64,000 nucleotides of DNA from an uncultured Methanosarcinaceae archaeon (GCA_963733675.1 CAVTET010000005.1:281908-345907); one strand, 5' to 3'. Positions 25,132 through 36,167 are shown, counted from the stretch's first letter. The notes: a model not told the origin generated them from the letters alone. Translations and numbers: made by a program.

Positions 25132-25318
25132 TTTAGACCTCTTGATACATGTTTTTACATATTCATCATAGGATAAATTTGTGGATATAAAATTAGATAA
25201 ATGTTCACTTTATAAATAAAAATATTTGGCAATGGACCGAAAGTTATGTACAATTTGCCTTTACTGTTTAATACCTATATAGTATGCATGTTCTATTGCA
25301 TAAAATCATAATATTAAA

Positions 25319-26152
25319 GCAAAAATTTAGTTTCACAGCAAAGAACATAAAAAAGCAGAATATTGCTCAGATAAAATCTAGATTTAGACAGCTATTTCGA
25401 ATAACTTGTTTATAATATTGACTCCAGAAAGAACAAAGCTATTTAAAGTGTCAACCTATCCTTTTCTTATCATATGCATGATTTCGATTCCTTCTAAAGT
25501 CTTATTAGCAGATCGAAAAGACTGAAATCCTAACATTGGATTAACGATTCTCTTTATAGATCTGTGATCTTGTTCTATAATGTTATTCAAATACTTGATT
25601 TGTCGAATGCCTATGTTTTTAGGTAGTATTTTATCAATTTTTAGTTTATCTATAGCAGGTGGATAACCTGGATTCTTATCAACGGTTATTACTCTTGGAA
25701 TTTGATTATGATTAGAACTTAAAGCTTTCTTAAAGAATCTCTTCGCTGTTTTTCTATCTCGTTTTGAACTTAACATGAAATCAATTGTATCCCCATTTGA
25801 GTCAACTGCTTGGTAAAAATATTTCCATTTACCTTTTACTTTGATATAGGTTTCATCAACTCTCCACGAATAGTTTGTTAGTCTTAAATGTCTTCTGATC
25901 TTCTTTTCTAGTTCAGGGGAATATTGATGTACCCATCTCATTATAGTACTGTTATCAACTTGAATTCCTCTTTCTATCATCATTTCCTTTAAATTTCTAT
26001 AGCTCAGTGGATATTTTAAGTACCATCTTACATTCAATAGGATAATTTCTCCTTCATAATGCTTCCATTTAAAGGAATTAGATAGCATATTACTATCTTT
26101 GGTTTTCTTTTTATTCTATTGTATCGATCTCATATTTTCTTGTAAAGGAACC
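25319..26152 (-). mobile_element. IS6-family element, copy 1 (right IR truncated)
   Basis: Left end GGTTCCTTTACAAG at 26152; residual TTTTTGC at 25319-25325; contains a transposase. Confidence 0.85.
25384..26088 (-). CDS. IS6 transposase with in-frame TAG at 25456-25458 (truncated, or amber read-through)
   Basis: WRVDETYIKVKG, ITVDKN, NNIIEQDHR; the frame continues past TAG to TAA 25384, giving 234 aa like copy 2. Confidence 0.85.
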
Positions 26153-26203
26153 CTATACTATACTAAACTATACTTACTATACTAAACTATACTATATTAC
26201 TCT
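26153..26203. repeat. (CTATA)n-like pentamer microsatellite
   Basis: ctatactatactaaactatacttactatactaaactatactatattactcta, between the IS6 end and the TPR start. Confidence 0.8.
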
Positions 26204-26256
26204 AAATGATACTTAATAATCAGTTAAGTGATTTAATTTAAACTGAGGATTTTGTT

Positions 26257-27462
26257 ATGGAAGAAAAGAATGCAAAAGAAGCTGAAGAACAGTTTAAGCT
26301 TGCTCTGAAAATCAATCCAAATGATGCAGATATATACTGCAGTTACGGAGATTTACTAGCAGAAATGGAGCGATGGGAAGAAGCTGAAGAACAGTATAAA
26401 ATTGCTATGGATCTCGACCCAAATGATGCAGATATACACTGCAGTTATGGAGATCTGCTAGCAGAAATGGAGCGATGGGAAGAAGCTGAAGAACAGTATA
26501 AAATTGCTATGGATCTCGACCCAAATGATGCAGATATACACTGCAGTTATGGAGATCTGCTAGCAGAAATGGAGCGATGGGAAGAAGCTGAAGAACAGTA
26601 TAAAATTGCTATGGATCTCGACCCAAATGATGCAGATATACACTGCAGTTATGGAGATCTGCTAGCAGAAATGGAGCGATGGGAAGAAGCTGAAGAACAG
26701 TATAAAATTGCTATGGATCTCGACCCAAATGATGCAGATATACACTGCAGTTACGGAGATTTGCTAGCAGAAATGGAGCGATGGGAAGAAGCTGAAGAGC
26801 AGTATAAAATTGCTATGGATCTCGACCCAAATGATGCAGATATACACTGCAGTTACGGAGATTTACTAGCAGAAATGGAGCGATGGGAAGAAGCTGAAGA
26901 ACAGTATAAAATTGCTATGGATCTCGACACAAATGATGCAGATATACACTGCAGTTATGGAGATTTACTAGCAGAAATGGAGCGATGGGAAGAAGCTGAA
27001 GAACAGTATAAAATTGCTATGGATCTCGACCCAAATGATGCAGATATACACTGCAGTTATGGAGATCTGCTAGCAGAAATGGAGCGATGGGAAGAAGCTG
27101 AAGAACAGTATAAAATTGCTATGGATCTCGACACAAATGATGCAGATATACACTGTAATTATGGAGATCTGCTAGCAGAAATGGAGCGATGGGAAGAAGC
27201 TGAAGAACAGTATAAAATTGCTATGGATCTCGACACAAATGATGCAGATATACACTGCAGTTATGGAGATCTGCTAGCAGAAATGGAGCGATGGGAAGAA
27301 GCTGAAGAACAGTATAAAATTGCTATGGATCTCGACCCAAATGATGCAGATATACACTGCAGTTACGGAGATTTGCTAGCAGAAATGGAGCGCAACAAAG
27401 AAGCTGAAGAACAGTATAAAATTGCTATGAAAATCAATCCAAATAATGAAAACTCACACTAA
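26257..27462 (+). CDS. TPR protein built of about 11 near-identical 34-aa repeats
   Basis: 102-bp tandem unit encoding DPNDADIHCSYGDLLAEMERWEEAEEQYKIAMDL; GAGG upstream. Confidence 0.9.
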   Translation: MEEKNAKEAEEQFKLALKINPNDADIYCSYGDLLAEMERWEEAEEQYKIAMDLDPNDADIHCSYGDLLAEMERWEEAEEQYKIAMDLDPNDADIHCSYGDLLAEMERWEEAEEQYKIAMDLDPNDADIHCSYGDLLAEMERWEEAEEQYKIAMDLDPNDADIHCSYGDLLAEMERWEEAEEQYKIAMDLDPNDADIHCSYGDLLAEMERWEEAEEQYKIAMDLDTNDADIHCSYGDLLAEMERWEEAEEQYKIAMDLDPNDADIHCSYGDLLAEMERWEEAEEQYKIAMDLDTNDADIHCNYGDLLAEMERWEEAEEQYKIAMDLDTNDADIHCSYGDLLAEMERWEEAEEQYKIAMDLDPNDADIHCSYGDLLAEMERNKEAEEQYKIAMKINPNNENSH

Positions 27463-27469
27463 CTAATCG

Positions 27470-27680
27470 GTGAAAATATTGCTTTAGGGCTCACATATTC
27501 TTTGGCTGTCGAAGCTGCTGGAATCACATAGAAGACGTACAATGAATGGATGAAGAAAGATCAGACAGAAATATGGGAAATATTACCATCTTTTCAAATA
27601 TATTCAAAGATGTAATGCTGATGGTGCTAGGAAACTTTTGGAACGCCTAAACGAAGCAGCAAAAGCTGGTGGCACTCAAG
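27470..27680 (+). pseudogene. Terminase-small-subunit-like HTH protein relic, copy 2
   Basis: ENIALGLTYSLAVEAAGIT*KTYNEWMKK...YIQRCNADGARKLLERLNEAAKAG; aligns with the 12205-12590 relic. Confidence 0.55.
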
Positions 27681-27809
27681 AATGATGATGAAGCCCCATG
27701 GAACAATATGCCTCGAAACATCAACTCCTCGCAGATCCCTACCATTAAAGTATTGATGATTACAAACATAAGAACCTTGGTTTGTGGAAGATCCGCAAAT
27801 AAAACCAAC

Positions 27810-28663
27810 GGTTCCGTTGCAAAAATCCTTTCTAATGATACAATAGAATAAAAAGAAAACCAAAGATAGTAATATGCTATCTAATTCCTTTAAATGGAAG
27901 CATTATGAAGGGGAAATTATCTTATTGAATGTAAGATGGTACTTAAAATATCCACTGAGCTATAGAAATTTAAAGGAAATGATGGCAGAAAGGGGAGTAA
28001 AAGTCGACCATACAACAATCATGAGATGGGTACATCAATATTCCCCTGAAATAGAAAAGAAGATAAGAAGACATTTAAGACCAACAAATGATTCGTGGAG
28101 AGTTGATGAAACCTATATCAAAGTAAAAGGTAAATGGAAATATTTTTACCGAGCAGTTGACTCAAATGGAGATACAATTGATTTCATGTTAAGTTCAAAA
28201 CGAGATAGAAAAACAGCGAAGAGATTCTTTAAGAAAGCTTTAAGTTCTAATCATAGTCAAATTCCAAGAGTAATAACCGTTGATAAGAATCCAGCTTATC
28301 CACCTGCTATAGATAAACTAAAAATTGATAAAATACTACCTAAAAACGTAGGCATTCGACAAATCAAGTATTTGAATAACATTATAGAACAAGATCACAG
28401 ATCTATAAAGAGAATCGTTAATCCAATGTTAGGATTTCAGTCTTTTCGATCTGCTAATAAGACTTTAAAAGGAATTGAAGCTATAAATATGATCAAAAAA
28501 GGACAAGTAATCGATCTAAATTACTATGTTCTTAATGAAGTCAAATACATTAATCAATTATTTGGTATAGTTTTATAATGTTAGTACATTTTCCTTGAAT
28601 GTTTTGATTTTTATTAATCACTTATAGATTTACATATTTTGTTGAAGTTTTTGCAACGGAACC
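27810..28663 (+). mobile_element. IS6-family element, copy 2 (complete, 854 bp)
   Basis: Perfect 16-bp IRs GGTTCCGTTGCAAAAA / TTTTTGCAACGGAACC; no flanking direct repeat seen. Confidence 0.95.
27874..28578 (+). CDS. IS6 family DDE transposase
   Basis: FKWKHY, WRVDETY, NNIIEQDHR; 234 aa. Confidence 0.95.
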   Translation: MLSNSFKWKHYEGEIILLNVRWYLKYPLSYRNLKEMMAERGVKVDHTTIMRWVHQYSPEIEKKIRRHLRPTNDSWRVDETYIKVKGKWKYFYRAVDSNGDTIDFMLSSKRDRKTAKRFFKKALSSNHSQIPRVITVDKNPAYPPAIDKLKIDKILPKNVGIRQIKYLNNIIEQDHRSIKRIVNPMLGFQSFRSANKTLKGIEAINMIKKGQVIDLNYYVLNEVKYINQLFGIVL

Positions 28664-28920
28664 CGTGTATTAGATAACAAATACATTAATAAATTTTTCT
28701 TATGAACGTTTGTATTCATAATTGAATAAAACATCAAAGTTAAATTGATTTAATTCTGCAGTCTTACTTCGTAAATCAGAATTAGGAACTTATGCATCAA
28801 TGAAACAATCGTAAAAAAAGCTTTGTAGCTAAGAATATTGGCTTTGTGTTCTACTTTTGTGGTGAAAGAAAAAGGATAGAGAGTCAATCAAATTATATAT
28901 ATTAATTATAATGAATATTC

Positions 28921-29407
28921 TATGGGAGTTCATAAAATGGTAGATTTTTATGAAGCAATGTTAGATATTGGATGAAAAAATCTCGATACCGAAAATAAAA
29001 GGCATAGTGATTTAGACAATAAAGCGATTGGCATAATAAGTATAACAGGGATGCTGATTACATTTCTATTGGGATCGATAAAGTCAAGTTCAGGAGTTTC
29101 GGGCAGCAAACATGTTTTTATTTTGGCGGCTTTTTTTTAATAATTACTGTATATCGTAGTTTATTAGTGCTTCAAGTTGACGATGTAGTAGTACTTTCAA
29201 GTAAGGAATTAATAAATAAATTAGGGGGATAGACCCAAAATATCAGATACCACGCATTGCGACTACTCTAGCAGTTATGAAGAGAATATGAGTAATAAAT
29301 GTAATAAAAAAACAGAAAAGCTTAACATTGCTATTAGCTGGTTAGGCGCTAGCATTATATTATTAATAATTTATGTGGCTACAATTTATTTGGTTACTAT
29401 GCTATAA
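28921..29407 (+). pseudogene. Decayed small membrane protein
   Basis: Fragments LDNKAIGIISITGMLIT ... KLNIAISWLGASIILLIIY, broken by stops and frameshifts. Confidence 0.35.
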
Positions 29408-29980
29408 GTCATATTTACAAACATGTGGATCAAATGACTAATAATAGATCCACTGACTTAAAGGTTTTTGATCTTTCTTGTCATGAACCAATAATATTAA
29501 TATCTGTTTTAGTAGAGTAGATAGTCTCTGGTGATAATTCTAGAGATAGATTAAAGGGTGGTAACAAACCAAAAGATAGCAGAGATGGCTAAGTACCTGG
29601 TAGAATAATAAACCTACGTAGAGAATGAAAGAAGAAAACACACTTTGGATAAATATAATCACAGAAAGTATTCAAAAATTTGACTTCAAATTTTCATAAC
29701 TTCACTACATTTGACCATATCATTCTGTTAATATTGTTTGCTTTTTCATGTAGTTCATAACTATTTTGGAAATAATAATTGATTTGAAAAATTGGTCGTT
29801 TTCTATAATTTAGTTGTTACTCTAACACATGTTTTAATAAAAATTATGTTTTATCTACACAATTAGGTCAAAATATCCGATTATTTAGGCTGAAAATGAG
29901 AAAATGCAGAGATTTAATCACAAAAAACGATGTATAATTAAATATTGATTGTGTCGTTAGTGAGGTAATCAAATAGGTAC

Positions 29981-30100
29981 TTTAAAGCTTATTTCTTTTT
30001 GAGATTTTTGATTTATGCTTGTGGTTTAGTTTAATTCGTTCCAGATGTTCCATGAGCTCCAAATGTTCTATGAGTCCCAGAAGCTCCATGAGTAATAGAT
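29981..30100 (-). repeat. Dispersed EHL repeat, copy A, containing an intact 35-aa ORF (29982-30089)
   Basis: MELLGLIEHLELMEHLERIKLNHKHKSKISKRNKL*; DNA similar to copies at 36.2, 37.8, 38.4 and 60.8 kb. Confidence 0.8.
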
Positions 30101-30413
30101 AGTATCTGGTGTGTCCCTTTCCATTGAATCTTTATAACAAGGGTTGAAATAACGGTATATTCTAAATTTTTTTCAACTTCCACTGTTTTTCTTTCCAGCT
30201 GGGTAAGTTCTATAATATTTTTTGTACGTTTGAGAGCGTCTAGTTTTTAACACACTAGGCATTTTTAAAATATATCTAATTATATATACACAAACATTCT
30301 ATTATTAAGAAGTTTTGATTATACTGATATATATTACATTTAAAAATCTTGTATTTTGGCATTTAGCCTAGGCTTTAGTAAAATATCAAAATAATATTTA
30401 AAAGACGATCTAT

Positions 30414-32378
30414 ATGGAAATGAAGTATAAAGTATTCTTTTTATTAATCAGCGTGATTTTACTGTCGGGAACTGCACTTGCAACAACTCTGACCTTGAAA
30501 TCTGCGGCACAGCCATATTACATTGATCCTCAGCATAATTTGTGGCTCAGAGTTAACATGAACGGCGGCACACAACATTTCAATGTGTACAATGCGCCTG
30601 GCTACTACCCTAATGGGGATGCGGTCATGTGGGCATACGATAACTTTAGCTCAGGCAGCTTAAATAAATCAAAGTGGACAGCTTACAAAGAAGGAAGCAA
30701 TAGGTCAACAGTAGAAATACAGAATGGACATTTGGTATTGTCAGGCTCTAGCAACACATCTTCTGCAAATGTTGTGCTTAATAAACCATTTACAAATGGC
30801 ATTGAATTGGCAGTCAATGAAACATTAGCAGGGGGTACTCATGATGTTGGCACTTTTACTGATGTTTCTTTTGGTGCAGGTACACTCGTAGGTGGGATAA
30901 GGGGAACAGATTGGTGGCATACAAGATTCGCTACAGGTGGGGGCTCATTCCAAAGCCAGGGAATATATAATGCGATGATTTGGGCAAACTCAAACAGTTT
31001 GGATGTTAGTATGCCCACTCCTGGAATCAGATTAAGCGATTACGTAGAAGAGGGTATTCCACATACATTGGCATATAGTTATGATGCTTCTGGTAACGCA
31101 AATATGTACATGGTAAATATAACTCAAAATCGCCTTCCTTTATCTATCCCTGATCCATACGGGTATAATCAGTTTAATCACCCATCTATCTATTTTAGTG
31201 AGACTGGTGTATTTGGTCACAAATGGTGGATGTTTGTTACACCATATGCATACTCTAACGATATATATGAAAATGCATGTTTGTACTATTCTGATGATGG
31301 ATTAGTTTGGCATGTACCACCTGGAGTGAAAAATCCTATAGGAACGCCAATAAAATCTGAGTATAACTCAAATGCCTATGGTGCTGATCCCTATGGTTCT
31401 GATCCGCATGGTTCTGATCCTTATGGCTCTGATTCTCATCTCATATACAATCCTGATACCGGAAAATTTATGCTCTACTATGTAATTGGAGATGTAAGGG
31501 GTAATGAAACCGTAGAAGACCCTAAAGTCAAAATATATGATGGTATTACTATTTCACCAGAAATAAATGTCACAGCTCATGGTGTATCACCCGCTGTTCT
31601 CTATGATAAAGCCACAAAAACGTATTACATGTGGATTGTTGATATTGATCCTACTCCACATGTAATCTATAGATATACATCCACTGATGGTATACATTTT
31701 GGTAATAAACAATATGTGAGTCAATCAAGTCCTTATTATCCTTGGCATATTAATGTGATAACTTATCCAGGTAAATCGACAATATATGCATTACTTACAA
31801 TGTATAGTAATGAAGGATTCACCAATAATCTGCATCTAGCTACTGCAAACAATTACACAGATAATTTTACAGTTCAAAGCTCACCACTTCTAAAACTAAA
31901 GGACTCATCATGTGCAACACATAAAGATGCTCTATTATACCGTAGTGCAGGTGTATTTAGCGATGATGGAAAGCTCTTAAGACTCTGGATACCTGCACAA
32001 GATACTCTAGGAGCTTGGACTGTGTTTTACACTCAAGCAACTGAGAAAAATGGTGTATGGAAAGTTGGAGAGTTTACAACTCCCCGCGTACCACTTATGA
32101 CAATCAAAAATACACAATATCTTTATACCCCAAAACAGTGGATGCTATCACAAGGCGATTCACCAAAAAGTCATGGAGTCAAAAGAGAAATCAATGAAGT
32201 TTGGGGATATAAAACAGGTCACACACCAAAAATAAACGCAAAAAATATGGGAACATATACTCAAATTGATGTTAAGCCAACCGATTTACAAAACGTGTCT
32301 AATTACCAGGTAATGATCCCTGCTAGTATGCTTAACATATCATCAAAGAGCGAGTCTCTGGATGTAGAGCGTGCATAA
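30414..32378 (+). CDS. Secreted protein with a beta-propeller glycoside-hydrolase-like domain and DUF2341/lectin-like flanks
   Basis: Signal peptide (..SGTALA); QFNHPS, KWWMFVTPY, YENACLYYSDDGLVW, STDGIHF (Asp-box-like); NGDAV..YDNF....LNKSKW. Confidence 0.7.
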   Translation: MEMKYKVFFLLISVILLSGTALATTLTLKSAAQPYYIDPQHNLWLRVNMNGGTQHFNVYNAPGYYPNGDAVMWAYDNFSSGSLNKSKWTAYKEGSNRSTVEIQNGHLVLSGSSNTSSANVVLNKPFTNGIELAVNETLAGGTHDVGTFTDVSFGAGTLVGGIRGTDWWHTRFATGGGSFQSQGIYNAMIWANSNSLDVSMPTPGIRLSDYVEEGIPHTLAYSYDASGNANMYMVNITQNRLPLSIPDPYGYNQFNHPSIYFSETGVFGHKWWMFVTPYAYSNDIYENACLYYSDDGLVWHVPPGVKNPIGTPIKSEYNSNAYGADPYGSDPHGSDPYGSDSHLIYNPDTGKFMLYYVIGDVRGNETVEDPKVKIYDGITISPEINVTAHGVSPAVLYDKATKTYYMWIVDIDPTPHVIYRYTSTDGIHFGNKQYVSQSSPYYPWHINVITYPGKSTIYALLTMYSNEGFTNNLHLATANNYTDNFTVQSSPLLKLKDSSCATHKDALLYRSAGVFSDDGKLLRLWIPAQDTLGAWTVFYTQATEKNGVWKVGEFTTPRVPLMTIKNTQYLYTPKQWMLSQGDSPKSHGVKREINEVWGYKTGHTPKINAKNMGTYTQIDVKPTDLQNVSNYQVMIPASMLNISSKSESLDVERA

Positions 32379-32730
32379 GTGCAAAAATGTTAGGATATTA
32401 TAAAATATCTTATTATAAAATATCCTAATGTTATAAAGATAATCAGATATAATGCTGCTGTTAAAGTATCTGGTTTACCATCATTTTCATCCATTTTTTT
32501 CGTTCCGTGACATGACCATTATTCAGCACTTAATCGAAGATGTATGGTAACTTTTTATAACATGTTATTATTGACTTTTCGGATAGGTTTTTAGAGAAAA
32601 ACAAAAAGTAAAGTTATTTTGGAACTTTATTTATATTAACTAAATTAATTTACTTAAGAAGTAGACGATGTTCCCACATCTCCAGAAGTCTGTGAGCTTG
32701 TAGATGAGATGAGTTTAGATATGCTGGTGT

Positions 32731-33060
32731 TTATGTAGCTGGTTTTGTTTCTGGATCTTTTGATGCTGTTTCTGGAAATAGAGTTGCTCCTGCAAGATTT
32801 GGACTTGGATCTGGAGCTTTTGCGGGCTCTGCAGGTGCTGTAGTTTGAATGGTATATGGCATTCCCGAGTATGCAGGGCAAAGCCAATTATTACCACCCA
32901 CCCACATACAACCCGGACCAGAGCCCCACCGGGGTCCACCCCAGCCCCAGCGACCGCCGCCGTGTGCACTAGCTGCCACTGTTGTCACAGATAATACAAA
33001 AAGTACTGCCAACAAAATGGTCAGTATCCTTTTTAATCTACTCACTTTTTGTTTCAACAT
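32731..33060 (-). CDS. Small secreted Gly/Trp-rich protein P1 (shared-leader family)
   Basis: MLKQKVSRLKRILTILLAVLFVLSVTTVAASA|HGGGRWGWGG...GCMWVGGNNWLC; the tail may originally have extended to about 32654. Confidence 0.8.
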   Translation of the reverse strand: MLKQKVSRLKRILTILLAVLFVLSVTTVAASAHGGGRWGWGGPRWGSGPGCMWVGGNNWLCPAYSGMPYTIQTTAPAEPAKAPDPSPNLAGATLFPETASKDPETKPAT

Positions 33061-33587
33061 TCAACTCATTCCTTTCTTTTTAGATTTGATACAATCTTAA
33101 TCTGGCTATAAAACAATTTGTTGAAATCAGAGGTTTATTTTAACTTTCTTAAGGCTGTATGATGAACTTATATTTAGCATTTTTCTTTTATTTAATTGCA
33201 CTTTATGCTATTAAAGTTAAAAATTGTGTTATTTACTATAAAAAAAGAATTTAGATATGTTACTAATTGAACAATCATTCATCAAAACAATTAAATTAAA
33301 CCTATAAACTTTGAATTGTTATACTTCTTTTATTCACTACTTGTTTTTATTCATGGACTTAATTATTATTACAATTCACATTTTGATTCAAAATGCAATG
33401 CTTCTCTCGGATCTGTGCAAGATGGGAGTAAAGCTGTACTTATGAATATAATTGAAAATTGTCCGAAAAAGTAATATAAATATATATATATGTAATACTG
33501 GACAAACTTATGAAGTTAAACTAATACTAGGTCAGAATAAATATTTCAGCTCAGAACCATAGGAAATTAGTTAGGGGAATAGAAAAA

Positions 33588-34312
33588 ATGCACATCTCAG
33601 ATGGATATTTAGGGCCGCATACGTATATTGCGTTTTGGATCATCATGATCCCGATATGGTATTATGCTGGACAGAAACTGAGCACAGAGCTCAAATCCAA
33701 ACAGGTATCACTGCTAGCGCTATCAGCTGCGTTTTCATTTGTAATAATGATGTTCAATATCCCTGTTCCAGGTGGCAGCACAGGCCATGCCATAGGTGGT
33801 GGAATTATCGCTATAGTCATAGGTCCCTGGGCAGCAATTATAGCTATATCTGTAACTTTGGTATTGCAAGCAATGATTTTCGGTGATGGTGGAATAACAG
33901 CCATAGCCACTAACTGCTTTAATATGGGAGTGGTAGTACCCTTTGTCGCTTACTACGCCTATAAGCTTATTAGCGGAAATTCAGAGATTACAGCTTCTAA
34001 AAGGGTTATTGCTGCGGCCATCGCTGGCTGGGTTTCTCTGACCATGGCATCTTTTTGTGTGGGCATTGAATTAGGAATACAACCAATTTTAGAGCACACA
34101 GCTGATGGAGCTCCACTTTATATGCCATATACTTGGAGTGTAAATGTTCCTCCATGGTATTTGAACATGCTTTGGCATTCAGCATTCTTGAAGCACTGAT
34201 TACAGCAATTATTTTTGCCTATATCCAGAGAACAAATACATCTGTATTTTATGGAGAGAAATCTGAAGCTGAAATTAACAGAATAGAAATAATGAATGGA
34301 GTCACAATCTGA
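33588..34312 (+). pseudogene. cbiM: CbiM/NikM ECF Co/Ni substrate component with a 1-bp frameshift near 34150
   Basis: MHISDGYL N-terminus, GGSTGHAIG, FGDGGITA; the shifted frame MVFEHALAFSILEALIT... ends at TGA 34312. Confidence 0.88.
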
Positions 34313-34321
34313 GGTGAGAAT

Positions 34322-34645
34322 GTGGATAAGATTATAAGAAACTTATCTATTGGCTTGATATTATTGATCATATTTGCGCCTTTAGGTCTGCTTGCGGCAG
34401 GCACTGCATATGGTGAATGGGTACCAGATGAGCTTAAGGATCGTATCGGGTTTGTGCCACATGGGTTGGAAGAGCTCTCTGATTTATGGCATGCACCATT
34501 GCAGGATTATAACATTCCCCCCACTCCTTCTTTTAAGGATTCGAAGCTGGTATCTTCTGCAGGATACATTTTGTCTGCAGTAATCGGTGTAATAGTTAGT
34601 GGCGGTTTTTTATATTTTATTGGAAAGAAGGCAACTAAACACTAA
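34322..34645 (+). CDS. PDGLE-domain (CbiN/NikN-like) membrane protein
   Basis: APLGLLAAGTAYGEW, LWHAPLQDY, GYILSAVIG; directly follows cbiM. Confidence 0.85.
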   Translation: MDKIIRNLSIGLILLIIFAPLGLLAAGTAYGEWVPDELKDRIGFVPHGLEELSDLWHAPLQDYNIPPTPSFKDSKLVSSAGYILSAVIGVIVSGGFLYFIGKKATKH

Positions 34646-35366
34646 AAGATTAATCACGTTTAGAATCATGACGATCCAAATTTGAATTTTTTTAGAAATG
34701 AAACGAGATATATTGGGTCTAAAAAGGCTCAAATACTTGATTTATTGGTTAGATTTCCTGCATGCACGAAGACTGGATATATCATGAATAGAGTAGGCCC
34801 AATATTGTGCCAATTTGAAAAATAGTAGATTGGAAGGACGGAGTGATAAACTCCTTCCATAAAATGTGGTATTTTGTTTAAAAAACCTGAAATACCAGCT
34901 GCCTGAACTATAGATACGGAATTCCATCACCATAGGTTCAATGAATGACTTCAGGTTCTCGTATTTTTGATGTTTTTTAGATAAACATCTGAATGTATAA
35001 CAACTTCATATTTAACATTTTTCATTATTTTCTTCATATTTTATGTTATTAGGCTTAAAACTCATATTACTTGTTTTATTTTGAATCAATCATTATTTCA
35101 ATTTACCTTAGTTTCTGAGTTATTATTCATCATATATTATAAAGCATAAACTAAATATATTCTAACAAGTAGATGGATAATTATACAAATATTTAAATAA
35201 TAAAGTATAGTTAACTTCTAACTTGTTTCCATTTATTTTTTTTAAGCTAGATTCTTTAAAATCATAACGCTTTTTAACAACGATTTGGGATTGGGAATAA
35301 ATGGAAAAAAGAACAGCTTTCCAAAGATAATATAAAGTGCAAAAAATTTAGGAGTGTTATACAAAG

Positions 35367-35681
35367 ATGGGGAAACAAAAATTTAATAGAATGAAAACAA
35401 TACTTAGAATTCTCATGTTAGTCTTTGCAATAGTGCCATTGATAACAGTGTCAGCGAGCGCAGCTTCTGGTTCTGATGATCGTGGTTACAGTGGTCATGG
35501 TGACCATGGTCATGGTGGCTGGGGAGGACCTGGTTGGGGAGGACCTGGGTTCGGATTTTACCCACCTGCACCTTATGGGGATAGCGGGGATAGCGAGGTA
35601 GTCTGCGGACCTTATGGATGCTATTGGAATGAAGCCACAGCATACCTTCCCAAGGCTGTAATAGCCGAGCAAGGTTGGTAA
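35367..35681 (+). CDS. Small secreted Gly/His/Trp-rich protein P2 (shared-leader family)
   Basis: MGKQKFNRMKTILRILMLVFAIVPLITVSASA|...GHGDHGHGGWGGPGWGGPG...CGPYGCYW; AGGAGTG RBS. Confidence 0.8.
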   Translation: MGKQKFNRMKTILRILMLVFAIVPLITVSASAASGSDDRGYSGHGDHGHGGWGGPGWGGPGFGFYPPAPYGDSGDSEVVCGPYGCYWNEATAYLPKAVIAEQGW

Positions 35682-36167
35682 AATAAACAGTTATTTCGCC
35701 AACGATCTCAATCAATGACTAATTAAAGCGTGAAAAGGAAACAACATTTGGTATCCGCTTGTAACCATAAAAATAGATTGGACTGAAAAAAGCCGACTTA
35801 CTAAAAATTAAATACATCTACGTTTTGCTATACTTTTCAGTTTGTGGGTGTGGTACTAATGAATAAAATATTAAGGGAAAGTTCACGCTTCGAACAGATG
35901 ACATTAAACCCCATACATCAATGAGAAAATAAAAAAAGACATTTGTCCGTAAAGATATTGGCTTTTCATTAATTTAAAAGAAAAACAAAATAATAATTGC
36001 GGAAGAGGATAAAAAGGGCAATATCGATAACCTTAAAGAATATCGTTATTGCCCTAGAAATTAAGTGACTAATCCCTTTTTATTATCCATGGAGATAATA
36101 CCTACAAAAATGAAGTTAACAACAATAAAGTATTCTTTGTACAGTTGATGGGATTTTCAACCCGATG

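Noticed and set aside
26320-27440. Regular repeats as a CRISPR array or DGR template/variable pair
   Set aside because: Contiguous 102-bp in-frame coding units with no unique spacers; variation is not adenine-specific and no cas or RT gene is present.
33465-33520. Possible NikR operator or riboswitch upstream of cbiM
   Set aside because: Two GTAATA half-sites occur in direct orientation around a TA run; I could not find a convincing palindrome or cobalamin riboswitch core.
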